A stretch of DNA of 63,742 nucleotides, filler included, from Conidiobolus incongruus B7586 (GCA_000697335.1; 10 parts of 10 records of this genome joined end to end with filler, not necessarily neighbours in it); one strand, 5' to 3'. Counted from the first letter of the whole stretch, positions 42,649 to 56,417 are shown. Program-made: numbers and translations. The notes: generated from the sequence alone by a model not told the origin.

Positions 42649-44529
42649 TTAATTATTTAAAATAGTATCAGCAGCTTTCATTCCTGTTAAATATAATGTC
42701 AGAACTGGGAAGTAGCCAGGAAGATTAGGGAAAATACTAAGATCTGCAACTCTTAATCCAGTGGTACCATGAACCTGGAATTTGGTATCCACAACACTCA
42801 TTTTGTCAGTTCCCATTCGACTGGTACCACAAGCGTGGTGCCCCCAAGCGGTTCCCATAATATATTGGGCAATTTGTTCGTCGGTTTGAACATTGGGTCC
42901 TGGTAAAAGTTCCCTAGTTTGTGTATTAAGTCTACTAAGTTGCTTCCTAGCATTGCGAACTCCTTGGATGATCGCTGGAAGATCTTTGTCAGCACCTTCA
43001 GCAAAATAGTTGAAATTGATATCTGGCATATCTCTAGGATTGTTGGTCTTGAGTTTAACATGACCTGCGCGATTGTGACCGTGTGCCTTGAGAACTAACA
43101 TTGTCATTGTATTTTTCTTATTCAAAATATCTTGCAACATACCTTCACGATACCCTGTGAAATAACTGGGAGCAATGAGGGTAAAAAGATCGGGCTCTTC
43201 TAGATTCTCGTTAGATTTTGTCAATTGTCCAGCAAGAACGCCATTAGAAGTATAGGGTCCTGTTCCAGAGCCTAAGAATTGTTTCAGACATGGATCAACA
43301 TCGGGATTAGTTGAAAATTGACATTTTTCAATCAATTTGAAATTACTGTCCATTTCATAGTTCACGCTCACTTCGTATCTATCATGCAAATTTTTTCCAA
43401 CTCCAGGAAGATGAATAATAGGTTTGATCCCTTTAGAGCGAAGGTGATCAGCATCACCAATACCACTAAGCATTAGAATTTGAGGAGTATTGAAAGTACC
43501 TGCAGAAATGATGACCTCTTTGCGACAATGCACAGCTCCTGGAGTTCCGGTATCGGACGAAGGAGCTCTGGGACTGGCACGGTACAAGTGCTTTCCTTTT
43601 AAGTATTCTACACCAATAGCTCTACGATTATTGTCCAGGATAACTTTAGTCACCAGTGTATTAGTCCAAATGGTAATGGGCAAATTCTTAGATTCTTTGA
43701 GCAAATGTTCGCGGACACCATATCGCTTACCTCCATTTTGTATAGGATCTGAGTTATATGGTACAAGCATATCTCCAGCCATATTGACCATAGCGCGACC
43801 TGCGTTGTTCAATTGATTCAAACCATTTTTCAAAAGGCTTCCAAGTAGAGATTTTCCAACAATCTGTTGGACAATATCAAGTAATTTTAAGTCAATTGAC
43901 AAGAAATTTGCAAGATTTAATTCTGTCAATCTTAAAAATTTTTCGCCTTGACCAGAACCACTGTTTATCATCCAGTTAATAGGATTCACAGTTTTTATCA
44001 AATTCGATACGGGACCCATATGATTCATTACTTTCATAAATGGAATATTGTCGACCATATCGCCATATGTAATTCTATTAAAATACTTTCTAAAATTAGC
44101 TTCACTCCATCCTTCATCTTTGGTTAACTCGACCATTTCGCGAAAATCCCTCGAATTGGCCATAATGTGAATCATGGCATTGTGGATAGAACATCCTCCA
44201 ATACCGCTAGCTCTAGGATACAATACACTTTGACGCTTACCAGTGTGTTCTGGATAGTGCTTGACGTGATATTGCCAAGCAATTTCGTCATCCTCCAAAC
44301 TCTGGAAATTCAGACCTGGTACAGTAGTATTCAAACTGACTTGATCAGTACCAGCTTCGACAATGAGTGTAGAGAAGCCAGCTTTTGCCAAGCCCATAGC
44401 AGTCATAATACCAGTAGGACCAGCGCCTACTACGATATAATCAAAAACTTGTTCATTATCACAAGTATACAAATTCACCAGAAATAGTAGTCCAGTCAAC
44501 AACTTAATCATTATTAAGGGGTTGAACAT
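42649..44529 (-). CDS. Secreted GMC (AA3-like, FAD-dependent) oxidoreductase, intronless
   Basis: Signal peptide, DYIVVGAGPTG Rossmann motif, YPRASGIGGCSIHNAM, EVIISAGTFNTPQILMLSGIG, LPGVGKNLHD, WGHHACGT, GLRVADLSIFP. Confidence 0.95.
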   Translation of the reverse strand: MFNPLIMIKLLTGLLFLVNLYTCDNEQVFDYIVVGAGPTGIMTAMGLAKAGFSTLIVEAGTDQVSLNTTVPGLNFQSLEDDEIAWQYHVKHYPEHTGKRQSVLYPRASGIGGCSIHNAMIHIMANSRDFREMVELTKDEGWSEANFRKYFNRITYGDMVDNIPFMKVMNHMGPVSNLIKTVNPINWMINSGSGQGEKFLRLTELNLANFLSIDLKLLDIVQQIVGKSLLGSLLKNGLNQLNNAGRAMVNMAGDMLVPYNSDPIQNGGKRYGVREHLLKESKNLPITIWTNTLVTKVILDNNRRAIGVEYLKGKHLYRASPRAPSSDTGTPGAVHCRKEVIISAGTFNTPQILMLSGIGDADHLRSKGIKPIIHLPGVGKNLHDRYEVSVNYEMDSNFKLIEKCQFSTNPDVDPCLKQFLGSGTGPYTSNGVLAGQLTKSNENLEEPDLFTLIAPSYFTGYREGMLQDILNKKNTMTMLVLKAHGHNRAGHVKLKTNNPRDMPDINFNYFAEGADKDLPAIIQGVRNARKQLSRLNTQTRELLPGPNVQTDEQIAQYIMGTAWGHHACGTSRMGTDKMSVVDTKFQVHGTTGLRVADLSIFPNLPGYFPVLTLYLTGMKAADTILNN

Positions 44530-47500
44530 CTCTTTGATAACATTAATAAGGGTTTGAACCTGAAGTGGACTCTATTAAGAGTTTATAAACCCCTTCCCAA
44601 GTCGTTCAATAAGTGAATGTGGTTGAGAAATTGACATTTTGGTAATTTTATTGGTAACGCCTTAGGACCATTTATTTGAAATTATGATGGAAATTTGATT
44701 GGTGTTCCATTAAATAGGACCTTTAATTCGGATAATGTACCCAATATAGATTGTTTAATGGTGGTGAAATATTATCCATTATATAAGGTATATTGGCCAA
44801 TATTACTTTATATAGAGATAAACAAAATCACTATATAATTATATTGAAACTAACTCTTTAATCCTAAAAATTACTATGGATAAGAATTGCGAATTTGATT
44901 ATTTTGAATGTTGGAATGATTGAGGCGCCTTTGAATTGCCAAACTAAATTAGAATCTCTCATCTAATCAACTTTTATGGTACTCATTAGAATATTCAAAT
45001 TATAAGCATTGACATATTATTTCAATAGCGCATTGTTAGCATTTCGTCATACCTCCGAGCGAGTTGATACAGTATGAACATGGATGAGTAACAATGATAA
45101 TATTATCTCATTAAAATGAGAAATTTCTTTTTTATATATTTAATATTCAAGGAACTTTATAAAAATTATAAACTGATGATCATTTATAGTTATATGTACC
45201 TTGTTGGTTTATTCGGATAATTGATACACTATAATGATCTCTGAAAGAAATTGATTTCTATATCAGTGTTATAAAAATTTTTATTGCTTTTAAACCAGAT
45301 AAAAATTTTGGTAAGATAAATATTATATTTTTTTAAAAGATTAAAATATTAAATAAATATATAAATTATTTAATACTTTTATAGTTTTAAATATGATATT
45401 ATCACAATATTTAAAGTATAATTATTTTGATTAATTAACAACAATAGTATAACTATATAATTGACAATTTCATGAAATGGCTAATTTATAAACAAAATAG
45501 AAGATTAAATAATATACACAAATCAAAATCAATTTGATAAAATGATAACATTCGGATATTTAGTAATAATATTATTAAGTTATATTTTGTAATATATTAG
45601 CTGGTAAATGAAGTTATTTATATTAACAATTGAAATGATTTCATTATCTAATCAATTTAACCAATTTTCTAATGTTATCATATTCATAATACACTATAAT
45701 TATCATAATATTTCATTAGCATATGACAAGTCTAAAGTTTTTCCTACCTCTACTCAAAGGGTTAATTAAATATTCAATTGATTGCATACATAATTTAATC
45801 TATAATAATCTTAAAATTGGATAGTTTATTTTGTTCTGTAATGCAAGTTGGAGAATTTGTTTTTTGCCACAGTTTATAGTTGATATAATTTTAGATATTG
45901 ATTAAAAAATTTTATAATGATGGATATGTAAGATGATGAGAGATTTCTAAGTAACAGAGGTTGTTAGCTATATTAATATATGTTAAATCATGAAATATAA
46001 TATTATAGTTTTCAATGAGTTTAGAAATATGTTTAATATGAAATAATTTTTTAATCAAAATACTAGATTCAAATTTGAAAATTTTTAATGTATTTATTTA
46101 GTTGCTATATTGTACTTTATAGTTCATTATAAATTGAATTTAATTTCTTAACTAATTTGCCATTAAGGCCGCTAAATAAGATACTTTATAAAATCGAATT
46201 AAATTTCATTAGTTTATCCTTTTTCTATGATTTATTCAATTTTTCCAGAAATTAAATATTATATCACAGAAAGTATATTATTGCATAATTCAAAATGTTA
46301 TCAATATATACTCCAAATTACTATGGTTAAAGCTAAATTTAATATCCTATACTAAATCATTAATAACTTTGAAATTGTTTTTGGATTTGATAATTATTAT
46401 TGAATTTGGATAGTACCTGAATTTTCAATATTAAGTTTTAAATTATAATAAATATATAATATTAATTTTTTATTCAGTATTTTCGAGCTATGATTCATTT
46501 TTTGTATTTGATCACTGTCAGATATTAAAACTTTACATATATTCAATTTGGAATAGATATTTCATTAGTATTATTAACTCTCAATATTGATTTACTCTAA
46601 TATAATAATTGAAATGAAATTGATTTGAATTATATTTGACTCTCCTCCGATTCATTTCCAATTTATAAATTATTATTATCATTAAAAACAAATATTAGAT
46701 AATTTGTGCACATTTTAATTTAATTCAAATTACTATTGACCCTGTACTTACTCTTTTATCACTATGATCTCAACCATTTCACTAATATCTCTATCAAATT
46801 ATTTAATGAAAATCAATTCAATCACAACTCCAATTAGTCACGAATTAATTCGAATGAAATAATTTGGACATAATGTGGCAAACCCTTTCAAATTTCTTTA
46901 ATAAGTCAACAAGTGCCAAGTTCATTAATTATTATAATTAAAAATAATTTGATTGTGCAACTTAGAATTTGACAGTAATGATTTGGATTGAAATTTTAAC
47001 AATTTAATTATTTCAAATTTTAGAATTAAAATAATACAATGATTAAATATTGTGCATTAAATTAGTATTCAAGCTATTATTAATTAAACATATTGAACAA
47101 TAGGTATTGAAATAATTGATAGATATTTTCGTAGTCAATATAATTGAGAATTTATTTTAATGTTGATGATACTATATCTCAAAATATTTTCAAAAATTCG
47201 CTTCAATTAATTTTGATATTTACCTCAATCCATCAAATAATATACATTCTCAAGAATTTCCAATTAAAGCCTATAATTTAAATAATGCATGATTTTCAGA
47301 AAATATTTTTAATTGATCAAATAGAATATCTTCAATATATAATTAATTCAAATAACGATTTTAGTTAGTGCGAATTTTGCATATGATTATGGTGTTAATA
47401 ACTAATATGGTTTCATTTTAAGAGTATTTAAATATAATATAGAATTTTTAATTAATTAGTAATATTCCAAATTCTTTAATTTGAAAATTTGAAAAATTTA

Positions 47501-47889
47501 TATAATTAAAATATTTTATTAAATTTTTAAAATAAAAATATATCATCGACTTTTATAATATCTTATAATAATATATTTTAGTAACTCTGAATAATACATC
47601 TATATTATTTTTTTTAAATTGGATAATATATTAATTATTTTATTATTTAAAAAATTTAATTAAAAAATATTAAAGAATTTAATATTTAATTAATGATTAT
47701 ATTAAATAGGCTATATCTTTCTCATTATTATTAATCATTATTAAATTGTGAATATCTAATAGTAGTTCTTTATGAAATATAATTGACATGCTTTTATCTT
47801 TTTTTAAATTTAAATTCTAATAAACACGTTATTATTTCTGAGACATAATAATATATATCTAATCATCAATGGTTATTATAATATATTAT

Positions 47890-49183
47890 AATATTCAATG
47901 GCTTAAAATATGATTGCCTTTATTTTAATCAATTAATATTTTAAAAATCAAAACTAATTTACTATTAATTTAGTATTTCTTGAATTAATATTAAATGATT
48001 TAATAATTCATTATATTCAATATATATATATATATCTTTTTATGTGAATTTTAGTAAAAAAACAAAATGACTGGAAATCATCAAATTTTAAATTTTACCT
48101 GAATTAAAGAGTATTTATTAAAATATTATATTATATAAAGCATTTTATATTTATTATTCACAAAAATCCCAAAGTAGCAACTAATAAAAAAGGCTTTTAA
48201 AGTATAATATTGTAAATTAGTTTGATTAACTCAAAGCTGGAAGATTTAATATAAAAACTTACTATATTTAAGTTATCTTGAATATATAACTGATTAAAAA
48301 ATAAAAATAAAAAATATTTTAAATGCCATTTATATACTTTAACAAAATAATGAACATATTCTTTATACTTTGATATTAAGTTTATTATTATTTAATAAAA
48401 AAATAATATATAATCACTTAAAAATTAAGTATAAGTACCTTGTATTTAAATTAGAATTATATAAATCAAAGAAATATTACTATTATATTTTTACATTAGT
48501 ATAATACTCATCATATTATATCTAGTAAATTATTATAATTGACGAGTTATAAACTCTAGTATATAATTTATTACCAAGAAATAAAAGGAGTATGTAACTT
48601 GAAAAATCCCAACCATTATTCTAAATTACAAAATAAAAATCATTAAAAAAATAAATGTTATTATTAAGTATATTTATTAATAGTATGACTTTCCACTAAT
48701 TAATATAAATAAAAATAAATGGTTATATTAAAATATATTATAGATTTTTAAAAACCAATGTAATAAATAATATAAGGAAAATCAATTAAAAACCGTTTAA
48801 TTTATTTAATAATAGTTATATTCATATAGCAAAAAATATCAAAGATTTGTTTATTGAGAATATCTATTATTTATTACCATATCCACCTTTTTCACCAGAT
48901 ATGAGTCTTTTTAATTATGATTGTATTCATAAGATAAAGGATTTTGAATTGGCAAAAAAGATCTGATGTTATTTCAAATTTACATTTTAAAATTAAGGGT
49001 GTAATTTTGAAGACAAATTATAAACACTTATATAAAGGGGTTAAGCAATCACCATTAGTATAGATTTTTTTTATTAAAAAACAAAGAAGTTATTAACAAT
49101 AAAAATCAAATTATATTTGCTTTACTCTTATTTATTAGGTTGAAATATAAATCTATAATTGGTCAACTTTTTGAACCACTAAT
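47890..49183 (+). mobile_element. mariner-like transposon of a second family, decayed (left boundary approximate)
   Basis: IIIIDE at ~48530-48546 and LLPYPPFSPDMSLFNYDCIHKIK at ~48870-48940 (HPPYSPDLSPCDY motif). TIR-like end ggtcaactttttgaaccactaat at ~49161-49183. Confidence 0.65.
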
Positions 49184-49850
49184 TATTTCAGATATTACAC
49201 TAAATTTATTTTTTTTAAAATAAACTATTTTTCCATTATTTTTGCTAAGGTACTCAATTTTATTCATATATTTTATATATTTATATGAAATTATCACCAA
49301 AATATTATTTATATTATATTATATTTATTTAATTACTAGTTTTATTTAAAATATTTGTAATTCTTTTAACGATAAACAGGTTAAATTATATAATAAATAT
49401 ATAGAGGTTAGAGGCATTATATTGGGCAAAATAAAGTTGTAACACTAATATCATTTGAAATTTACAACTAGGTTTACACCAATACTAACGGTTGAATAAC
49501 GGTCAATAATTTTAATATCACCTTAAAATTTTCTAGGCGAATTACTAGGCGTTAAATTTATGCAGTCTGAAAAAGAATTTTTTTAATAACAAAAATTTCC
49601 GAAGAATTGAGTTGGTGTAAACTCAAATTTGTTAGGTGGATCCATTTTAACTATATAATTCATTTTTTGATAATTTATTTATCCTTGACCATGGCTAAAA
49701 AAAGATCACAACGAGGATGGCGTTTAAATATTATTTTTAAATTGCCAAATTCAGTTGATGTACTAGTTTCTAACTCCTATTCAAACTATATAAGCATCGA
49801 TAGAATTCTTTTTAGACTAATAGCTAATTAATTATTTATCTTACTTTACA

Positions 49851-51734
49851 ATGATCGCATTTGAACTTACAATAATTCAATGCGTATTGGCAATTTTGAC
49901 ACTTGTTTGCATATATACCTCCCAAAACACCGAGGTGTTCGACTACATTGTAGTGGGTGCAGGTCCCACTGGGATTATGACAGCTATGGGGTTAGCTAAG
50001 GCTGGATTCTCAACCCTTATTGTAGAGGCTGGTACCGACAATATTAGTTTGAATTCTACAGTACCAGCGCTCAACTTTCACAGTTTGGAAGATGAGGAAA
50101 TTGCTTGGTCATACCATGTCAAGCACTATCCCGAAAAGACTGGCAAACGCCAGAAAGTTCTATATCCAAGAGCTAGTGGTATCGGCGGGTGCTCTATCCA
50201 TAATGCAATGATTCACTTAATGCCAAATTCTAGGGACTTTAGGGAAATGGTGCAGTTGACCAAGGACGATGGCTGGAGTGAAGAGAACTTCCGCAAATAT
50301 TTCGATAGGATTACCTATCAGGACATGACTGATCAAATGCCCATTATGAAGGTGATCAACCACTTAGGTCCCATTAGCAATATGATTAAATCCATGGGAC
50401 CCACCAGAATGATGGAAACTAGGATGAACAATAATGAAAAGTTTTTAAGGTTAACAGAGCTCAACTTGGCAAATTTGTTGTCTATCGATATGAAGTTGTT
50501 GGATTTGGTTGATAATATCGTAGGTAAAACTTTACTTGGAAGTTTCGTTAAGAAGGGTTTGAATCAAATTGGAGATGATGGTAAAGCAATAATCAATTTC
50601 GAAGGTCAAAGGCTCATTCCCTTTAATGCTGATACTGTTACCAATGGCGGTAAGAGATATGGTGTTCGTGAGCATCTTTTAAAGGAAGCGAAGAATTTGC
50701 CCATTACAATTTGGACAAATACTCTCGTAACCAAAGTTATTCTTGACAATAACAGAAGAGCTATTGGCGTCGAATTCCTCAAAGGTAAGCACTTGTATCG
50801 TGCTAGTCCCAGAGCTCCTTCGTCCGATACCGGTACTCCAGGAGTTGTACATTGTCGCAAAGAGGTCATCCTCTCCGCAGGAACTTTCAACACTCCTCAA
50901 CTCCTTATGCTTAGCGGTATTGGAGATGCCGCTCACCTCAAGTCCAAAGGCATCAAACCCCGCATCCATCTTCCCGGAGTTGGTAAGAACTTGCATGACC
51001 GTTACGAAATCAATGTGAACTATGAAATGGACAGTGTTTTCAAACTCATCGAACAATGCCAATTCTCCACTAATCAAGATCAAGATCCTTGTCTCAAACA
51101 ATTTTTGACTGATGGTTCAGGCCCTTATAGCTTTAACGGTGTCTTAGCTGGAAAAATGCAGAAATCTGACCCCAATTTGGAAGAGCCAGACCTCTTTTCA
51201 CTCATCGCTCCCATCTACTTTGCTGGATATAGGGAAGGCATGCTTCAAGATATTTTAAATCGTAAAAACATTATGACAATGTTGGTCCTCAAGGCCCATG
51301 GCAATAATCGCGCGGGTCATGTCCTTTTGAACACCAATAATCCCAGAGATATGCCAGATATCAACTTTAACTACTTTGCAGAAGGAGCTGACAAAGATCT
51401 TCCAGCTATTATTAAAGGAATTAAAGATGCTAGACAAACTTTAAGTAAATTAAACACTCAAATTCGAGAAGTTCATCCTGGTCCCAATGTTCAAACCGAC
51501 GAGCAGATCGCCAACTACATTATGAACAATTCGTGGGGTCACCACGCTTGCGGTACCAGCAGAATGGGTACAGACAAAATGAGCGTAATCGATCCTCAAT
51601 TCCGAGTTCACGGAACTTCCGGCCTCCGAGTTGCTGATCTGAGTATTTTCCCTAATCTTCCTGGCTACTTCCCAGTTCTGACATTATATTTAACAGGAAT
51701 GAAAGCTGCTGATACTATATTAAATACACAATAA
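49851..51734 (+). CDS. Secreted GMC oxidoreductase, divergently oriented paralog of 42649-44529
   Basis: Same motifs and colinear 627-aa protein. Confidence 0.95.
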   Translation: MIAFELTIIQCVLAILTLVCIYTSQNTEVFDYIVVGAGPTGIMTAMGLAKAGFSTLIVEAGTDNISLNSTVPALNFHSLEDEEIAWSYHVKHYPEKTGKRQKVLYPRASGIGGCSIHNAMIHLMPNSRDFREMVQLTKDDGWSEENFRKYFDRITYQDMTDQMPIMKVINHLGPISNMIKSMGPTRMMETRMNNNEKFLRLTELNLANLLSIDMKLLDLVDNIVGKTLLGSFVKKGLNQIGDDGKAIINFEGQRLIPFNADTVTNGGKRYGVREHLLKEAKNLPITIWTNTLVTKVILDNNRRAIGVEFLKGKHLYRASPRAPSSDTGTPGVVHCRKEVILSAGTFNTPQLLMLSGIGDAAHLKSKGIKPRIHLPGVGKNLHDRYEINVNYEMDSVFKLIEQCQFSTNQDQDPCLKQFLTDGSGPYSFNGVLAGKMQKSDPNLEEPDLFSLIAPIYFAGYREGMLQDILNRKNIMTMLVLKAHGNNRAGHVLLNTNNPRDMPDINFNYFAEGADKDLPAIIKGIKDARQTLSKLNTQIREVHPGPNVQTDEQIANYIMNNSWGHHACGTSRMGTDKMSVIDPQFRVHGTSGLRVADLSIFPNLPGYFPVLTLYLTGMKAADTILNTQ

Positions 51735-51864
51735 GATAAGAAACACTTATAAAATAATTAAATTAAAGAATAAATAAATGAATTAATTAATATTAAATTA
51801 TAAAAAATTAAATAAATTTTTTATTATATTTTATTTAATTTATATTATAGATATTTTGATATTA

Positions 51865-53433
51865 TTACTCTAGACTTGATATAATAAGACTTTTGTGAAA
51901 TTGAGTATAAATAACTATTTTAATATATAATATAAAATCAACATTCTTCTTGATTTTTGATATATTTTGGTTATATCTTTATAAGACTTTTAAAACCAAA
52001 AATTGTTGTTTTTATTAAAAACTGAAATTTAATATTTCAGAAACCAATTATATTTATTTATACTAATTTTCTTCCTTATATGATTATTTATTAATTACCT
52101 AGAATATTTATAATTACTTAAATTATAATTTAATGAATATACTAGATATAATAACTTTTTCCAATTATTTTTAATTAGAAAATTTTTTATAACTTTAGTT
52201 TTATATATTTTTTAATTATTATATAAAATAATTAGTCTTTTAATAAATATATTAATAAAATTATTTAAAAAAAGTTTAATTAAACAATAGAATATAAAAC
52301 TTAATAATTGATTTTATTTTAAAAATAAAATATAAGTATAATATGTTATTATAATTTAATATAATTATTAATATTCATTTATAAACAAAATATTTATTTA
52401 TTGAATATATAAATAGGATTATAATAACTTAACCCAGTATTTTGATTTATATTTTAATAAAGTATTATATAAAGAGAGCTAAATTTCAATAATTATAATG
52501 ATTTAAAATAAGAGTTTTGATTGTTCATTATATCTTAATATGGTTTATTTATCTATAACTATTTTAGCTATATTTGAAATTTATTTAAATTACAAATATT
52601 TTTTATATTTTATTATTGACTAGATATAGTTTAAATTTTACAATATATAATATATATATATAATTAATACCAAGATATTTTAATAGTTTTTTAATTTAAA
52701 TAAAAAGATGATTTAATATATTTCTCATTATATTAAAAATTTAATAAATGACAATATATATTAATTTACAATAATTTTTTTAAATATTGATAAATTTTTA
52801 TTAATTTTTGTTTCTAGGTTTAAAATAATTTTTTTGATGATAAATAAAAAATTTGAATAAAATATTATCTATATAAGTTATTTATAAATTTTAAATAATT
52901 TTCAAAGGTTTATGGTTTAGTATTTTTATTATTAAAATAAAAAATTCTTAATGATCATTATTTGGTTTAAGTATGATTAAATAAAATAATAAATTTTCCA
53001 AAATTAAATTAATAAAAAGACATTATATATAAATATATATTATTGTAAAACTCATTGGTTTACATTTCTGTAGGTTTTAGAATAGATAAGATTCATATTA
53101 GAATTTATATCATTGGAAATCATTTCTACAAACAAATAAAAAGTATAAAGACTTAATCAATAATAACACTAAAGAATATATATGAACTCAGAGAGAGCGT
53201 GAGACCATTTATTACCACAAATAATTTTTTTACATTTTATATCATGGGGCTGGTAACTAAAAATGTTAGTTATCTTTATCCAAGCATCATCTATTAATAA
53301 GAACCTGCCTAATTTTATCACTCATATACTCAACATATATAGATTAAAATTATACATTTTTCTATTTATTTTCTCTATAACTTTTTTAAAAATCAAAAAT
53401 TAAAATATTCCCATTTTTTTGATTCTGAGGTAA
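51865..53433 (-). mobile_element. mariner transposon (family of 22998-24313), decayed, with ~300 bp of extra sequence in its 5' UTR
   Basis: TIR cccatttttttgattctgaggtaa+TA at 53433 and a degenerate TIR at 51865. Internal sequence aligns to the reverse complement of the 23 kb copy. Confidence 0.75.
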
Positions 53434-54906
53434 TATTAAAGATATAAAAGGAAAATAATTAATAATTTAAATTATTATATTGATTATAAATTTTCAAATA
53501 TATTAAATAAATCTTTTAAATATTAAATTCAACTTGATATTCACCTTATTTATTCAATTTTAAATTTTAAATATTTAATTTTTATTAAAATACAATAGTC
53601 AAAATATAACAATTTTAATCAAAAGAACAGTTAATAAAATGATTATAATATTTAATTATTAAAATATAAAAAGTTTAATAATATATTAATTGAATACTTA
53701 AATTAATTCAATTAATAAAAATTTTACTCAATTTGTATAAAATGTTTGCAACTGTAGTTTAGTATTTAAATAAATTTAATTTGATAATTTGAACTAAATA
53801 GCGATAATATAGTGTTAAATAACTTACTGAGATATATATTAGCCATTAACATTTTAGAAATTTTGCCCCCAAATTAATTATCTTTTTTAATAATAATATT
53901 TTAATTATTAAATTAGACCAATGGATTAATATATATTATTAAATGAAAACAATAAATACTGATAAAATTTATCTTATATCTCATAACGATATTAATTTAA
54001 AATATAACCAAAATATATTGTTTCATTTATAAAGGATACCAAACAATATAAATATATTTGATTCTGATTAGTTCAGTTCATCAGCAATATTATCCAGAAC
54101 AAACTCTTGAAAGTTGTATGATTAAATAATTTATCATTAAGAGTATTTTAGATTCAATTATTTTATTAAAGAGATATCATAAATTACATATCTGAAATAA
54201 GGTTATTAACCTATTTTCTTAAAATCTTCATCAAATTTTATTATATTGATAATGATATAATTAAAATTACTTAGAAATACAAATCCTATGCTTTTTTATA
54301 ATGATGATGTCATTGTTACCAAGCTTTCGAAAATTATTTTTTAAATTAATTAAATCAATTTTGCATGAACTTTATAATTGCCAACCATTCATTATTTTAT
54401 TACATTTTATATACGCATAATTCATATCATTAGTTATTTAATATTTGAATATTTTAATTTTGTTAATAAAATAAACAGAATAGTATAATAGTTGGAACTC
54501 AATATATATGTATATATGTATTTTAGTTTAACCGAAATATGACTAACTAACCAATTTGGAGTATTGTATCACAATTATATAGAATCAAATGTGGTTATTG
54601 ACCACACTTGAAGTAGTAAACTTATCCAATTTAGTTTAACTATCAATTTATTTATTCAAGGGATCGGTTTAAGAATGATTTCATTGGTGGATTGTAAATT
54701 AATTAATCAATTTCAAAATAATATAAATACAAAAGAACTGAGGATGAAATCTTAATTTTTTATTATATTCATAATATATAATAATATATAATAATATTAT
54801 TAACAGTTAATATATTTTTATATAAAAATTATTTTATTATTATATTTTTTAAAATAGAATAAATTAAATTTATACTAACCTTTATCAAGTTTTAAAAGAA
54901 TTCAAA

Positions 54907-55515
54907 ATGACAGATTCTAAACCTCTAACTTTTTTCGAAACAATGACATTTAGTTATGTAGATGTTATTAAAATAGATGGCGAAATCGAAGTTGAAACCT
55001 ATCTAAAAGCTACGGAAAGTCTTATAACGATATTTGACCACTTAAGCCCCACCGCATTTATCCCAATTAAAGCTGATATGAATGGAAATGTCACCAAGAT
55101 TAGAAACAAGTATATCAAGGACACTGACAAGTATAAAACGTTACAAAAGATCGTGAGGGAGGAATATGGGACAAAGGATAAGATAGCTACTCAGGGATTA
55201 CTGTGGTTGAACCGTGGTCTCAAATTTATATATGAGGCTTTACAGCGAAGCATGGCTGACAAGAACGAAGAACTCTGCGATAGTTTTAGCGGAGCGTATC
55301 AAGAAACCCTCAAACCTTACCACTCTTTCCTCGTGAAACCCATTTTCACTCTAGCTATGAAGGCTTGTCCATATCGTCATAACTTTTACGAAAAGTTGGC
55401 ACCCTCCGAAGAGATTTTGAATCAAGAATTTCCTAAATGGTTGTCTGCTTTGGGTGAGTGTGTTGATAGCGTTGATACTCTATTCAAGGAGAAGGACTAT
55501 GGCAAAGGTTTGTAA
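54907..55515 (+). CDS. Glycolipid transfer protein (GLTP / HET-C2 family)
   Basis: AFIPIKADMNGNVTKI, ATQGLLWLNRGL.F, AYQETLKPYHSFLVKPIF.LAMKACPYR..FY. Confidence 0.93.
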   Translation: MTDSKPLTFFETMTFSYVDVIKIDGEIEVETYLKATESLITIFDHLSPTAFIPIKADMNGNVTKIRNKYIKDTDKYKTLQKIVREEYGTKDKIATQGLLWLNRGLKFIYEALQRSMADKNEELCDSFSGAYQETLKPYHSFLVKPIFTLAMKACPYRHNFYEKLAPSEEILNQEFPKWLSALGECVDSVDTLFKEKDYGKGL

Positions 55516-56417
55516 TACTAATAATAAATTTTACTATATTTTTTTTAGATTTTCGTGATTGATTAATAATTGTTACTAATATTATTCAAATTATTTTGAA
55601 TTAAAATTAAAAACCTGTTTAATAGTTTCAATTTTCAATCCTATTATCACCACTATCAACCTTTATATATCAGTTTTATTAATTTATTTATTGTTATTAT
55701 TTGTATAGAAAATTCTTTTTATTGTTGAAATTATATTTAATCACTATTTCTATTTCACAAAATAAATATCATTAAATTAAAATTTAAGTATAATAATAAT
55801 ATACATAATTAAAATTATTAAATTATGTAATATTGATTTATATTTTTTTATTAAATATAATTATTCATATAAATTAGGGAAATAGTATTTATTCTATGAT
55901 GAACTGGAAAACATTATATAAATATTTTAATTATTGGCATTTAAAAATTAATTTCTTTTGCCATTTTTGTTAATATTAATCTTTTTCTATATAGGTTCAC
56001 ATATTTTTTTTATACTTTCTTCGTTCTTTTAAAATTTTATATTATTTTGTAATTTATTATAATAATCAATATTAATCACTTATGAAAAAAAAATCTACGT
56101 TCAAATCACCAAATTATAAATTTATCATACCTGATAACCTAAAAGAATGATCGTGATAACAATGGAATACCAACAAAATCTTTTAGTTTGATAAAAATTA
56201 AATTGATTTCAAATAATAAATGAAATATAATTTGATATTTTTTGAAACATTTTTTTCCAATTAATCAAAAAAATCAATTAATATTTTACCTCAATAATTT
56301 TTTATTCATTATCAATTNNNNNNNNNNNNNNNNNNNNNNNNNNNNNNNNNNNNNNNNNNNNTTAATTAATTAANNNNNNNNNNNNNNNNNNNNNNNNNNN
56401 NNNNNNNNNNNNNNNNN

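Noticed and set aside
45600..46450. Possible decayed F-box/LRR-like gene on the minus strand; also a Ras-like fragment near 36370-36490
   Set aside because: Multiple stops in all frames and only vague similarity.
42798..51437. Antisense and alternate-frame ORFs overlapping the GMC genes (and similar ones over ATG22, the C2H2 TF, SRPK, APS1 and SEC12)
   Set aside because: Shadow ORFs of real coding sequence; their similarity between paralogs merely mirrors the sense-strand duplication.
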